The notes beneath the pieces were generated by a model. The model was not told the origin of the DNA. It ran no database searches and worked only from the letters and a program-made list of their open reading frames with translations. Made by a program: the position numbers and the translations under genes. A DNA stretch of 64,000 nucleotides, from NCBI GenBank assembly GCA_964592745.1, contig CAZQFL010000006.1, positions 4,942 to 68,941 of the forward strand, given 5' to 3'. Of the stretch, positions 62,051 to 64,000 are shown one piece after another (within the stretch, counting starts at the first letter, position 1; the number at the start of each line of letters is the position of its first letter). The DNA is from an uncultured Desulfurococcaceae archaeon (GTDB lineage Archaea > Thermoproteota > Thermoprotei_A > Sulfolobales > NBVN01).

Positions 62051-62821
62051 TTATGTAAGTGTATTGAGAGCTGTTTGAACAATGAGTTTCTCAGCTATCT
62101 TTAATCTCCTACTTCGAAACCCCTTTATCCATTTGCCATCGTGTTGAAGCTTATCAGATACAGACAATATAATAGCTAATCTTATATTTCTATACTTCGC
62201 CACACTCATTAGTGCTGTAGACTCCATATCAACGCCGTACACACCATTCGAAGAATACTCTATAACTTTATCGATTGTCTCTCGAAATATGGCATCTGTA
62301 GTCCAAACACCTCCCTTAACGATGTTAACTCTTCTTCTCTCCGTTAATGTTATAGTTTGCTTGTATAGAGCTTCAGCTAGCTCCATATCAGGGATAGGTA
62401 TGTAATTCGGGTCAGGAATATAGTGAAAGCTTGTTCCCTCCTCACGCACACCCCAAGTAGGGATAAGTATATCACCTATATTCAGCTCAGGATGAATAGC
62501 TCCAACCTTACCAATAACTACGAACACTTCACCACCCATAGCGACAAGAACCTCAAGAGCAGCTACCGCAGCAGGAGAGCCTGGAAAAGGAAGTGCAACA
62601 ACAACCTCACTCCCACGATAAAAGCCCGTAAAGCTTTTGAAAAGCCATCCACTAAGTCGTACAGCCTCAGCACCCTCAAGCATAGCCTTAACCCTCTTGA
62701 GTATTGAGGGATGAAAAACCAGGATTATCTTCTTTCCATGCAATACTTCATCCTTCCTAAGATTACACGGATCTATAACAGGCTTTCCACATCCAATTTT
62801 AAATCCGAACTTCACCTTCAC
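62051..62821 (-). CDS. PNP/UDP-family nucleoside phosphorylase
   Basis: 256 aa. ...GDILIPTWGVREEGTSFHY...GGVWTTDAIFRET...GVDMESTAL motifs. Confidence 0.8.
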   Translation of the reverse strand: MKVKFGFKIGCGKPVIDPCNLRKDEVLHGKKIILVFHPSILKRVKAMLEGAEAVRLSGWLFKSFTGFYRGSEVVVALPFPGSPAAVAALEVLVAMGGEVFVVIGKVGAIHPELNIGDILIPTWGVREEGTSFHYIPDPNYIPIPDMELAEALYKQTITLTERRRVNIVKGGVWTTDAIFRETIDKVIEYSSNGVYGVDMESTALMSVAKYRNIRLAIILSVSDKLQHDGKWIKGFRSRRLKIAEKLIVQTALNTLT

Positions 62822-63156
62822 GTCACTCTCTACAAACTTAGTAATCCATTAACCAAACAATAACTTTACTCTTACAATAATATGTACAGGACAAGTAAAC
62901 ATGGATCAAATATTAGGTTTCTCTTCAACTTTCTAAGGAAACTTCTCAAGTAAATTCCTTAAGGTCTAAAGGTCTTTTCCTAATAAGCTCTCTAATCACC
63001 TGTCTAGCCTAAGAATGATATTTTAATTCAAACATTACAGAACTACTTTAGCTATGGAACGTTATTACACATTTAGTGAGTATATTGAGAACTCCATAAT
63101 CAATTCTATGTTAGTATAAGTATGACTTAAAGCACTATTATTCTAGGGTGGTTTGA

Positions 63157-63978
63157 TTGAGTAGTACATTCTCATCTATAGGTAAACGTGTAAGATTGAG
63201 TAGGATATTACCTGATGGGAAGGCCGTAATATTTGCTTTTGATCACGGTGTTGAGCATGGACCTTCAGATTTCCCGCCAGAATTTGTGAATCCTAGAGTC
63301 ATTATTGAGAAGGTTGTTAGTGCTGGTGTTGATGCTATTATGATGCTTCCCGGAATGGCTAGGCTAACTCATGATGTATGGATGGGTAAGGTAGCATTAA
63401 TAGTTAAGATAACGAGTAAGACTAACTTAAGACCTGAGGAGAGTAGGTTAGTACAGAGTGTTTTCGGGTTTGTTGAGGACGCTATAGCTTTAGGTGCTGA
63501 TGCTGTTGCAGCTACAGTGTATTGGGGAAGTCCCTATGAGGATGTAATGCTTGAGAGATGGTTCGCCATACGTAACGCCGCAGACTCTCTTGGCTTACCA
63601 TGCCTGCAGCTAGCATATCCAAGAGGCCCACATATAAAGAACATATATGATGTTGAGATAGTAAGATACGGTGCTAGAGCTGCTGCTGAATCAGGTGCTG
63701 ACCTAATAAAGACATATTACACAGGTAGTAAGGAAACATTTGCTGAAGTCGTAAAAGCGGCCTCAGGGATACCCGTATTGATGAGTGGTGGACCGAGAGT
63801 TGAGAAGGCTATAGATTTCCTTAAGGTCGTAAAGAACGTTATGGATGCTGGTGCTAAGGGAGTTGTTGTTGGTAGGAATATATTCCAACATAAAAACCCT
63901 AAAGGTATGGCTAAAGCAATAATGGCGATAGTTCACGAGGGGAAGGAACCTAGTGATGTAATCAAGTATGTAGAGTAG
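63157..63978 (+). CDS. Archaeal class I fructose-bisphosphate aldolase / DhnA-family aldolase
   Basis: 273 aa. [10 protein letters not shown]..., Schiff-base Lys context [10 protein letters not shown], ...VVVGRNIFQ. It could alternatively be an ADH-synthase paralogue. TTG start. Confidence 0.75.
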   Translation: MSSTFSSIGKRVRLSRILPDGKAVIFAFDHGVEHGPSDFPPEFVNPRVIIEKVVSAGVDAIMMLPGMARLTHDVWMGKVALIVKITSKTNLRPEESRLVQSVFGFVEDAIALGADAVAATVYWGSPYEDVMLERWFAIRNAADSLGLPCLQLAYPRGPHIKNIYDVEIVRYGARAAAESGADLIKTYYTGSKETFAEVVKAASGIPVLMSGGPRVEKAIDFLKVVKNVMDAGAKGVVVGRNIFQHKNPKGMAKAIMAIVHEGKEPSDVIKYVE

Positions 63979-64000
63979 GTGTAGGTATTGATAGACGTAG

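Overview
A 64-kb chromosomal segment from a visibly AT-rich crenarchaeon (Thermoproteota). Gene content and order resemble Sulfolobales/Desulfurococcales: unsplit rpoB, aKMT-like lysine methyltransferase, intron-containing tRNAs, and RNA genes that stand out as GC-rich islands. No species call is made.

Conserved backbone:
- 1-4.9 kb, minus strand: rpl11, spt5, secE, ftsY, pfdA, rplX, eif6, rpl31e, rpl39e, a PDCD5-like gene and rps19e.
- 9.9-13 kb: pyrF-pyrE-pyrK-pyrD operon.
- 14.3-15.6 kb: nep1, RNase P Rpp21 and a YhbY-like gene.
- 30.1-42.2 kb, minus strand: rpoH-rpoB-rpoA1-rpoA2-rpl30e-nusA-rps12, then rps7-tuf-rps10.
- Also leuS, a NOG1-type GTPase, proteasome beta, nfi, ribK, family-B DNA polymerase, and TtuB/TtuA and MoaD/MoaE pairs.

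RNA genes: six tRNAs, all with encoded CCA. Gly-TCC and Glu-CTC carry canonical introns, and Lys-TTT carries a 20-nt insertion at a non-canonical position. Three C/D-box sRNA candidates flank leuS.

Most interesting region: a tightly packed minus-strand cluster at 16.4-21.9 kb. It encodes three paralogous secreted proteins with SipW/TasA-type signal peptides, a duplicated beta-rich accessory domain, an S26 signal peptidase fused to a polytopic membrane domain, and a bitopic membrane protein. This is a candidate archaeal TasA-like fibre or pilus system in a layout I do not recognise.

Second candidate: a three-gene membrane module at 51.7-53.5 kb that resembles the cedA1-cedA-cedA2 (VirB2/VirB6-like) DNA-import module.

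Gene decay is concentrated next to tRNA genes and a dead IS element:
- a degenerate tnpB
- a dehydrogenase frameshifted at a G run
- superoxide reductase and ferritin-like pseudogenes
- related small ORF remnants
- a leuS 5' end that needs a frame correction at a G run

No CRISPR array or rRNA gene was seen.
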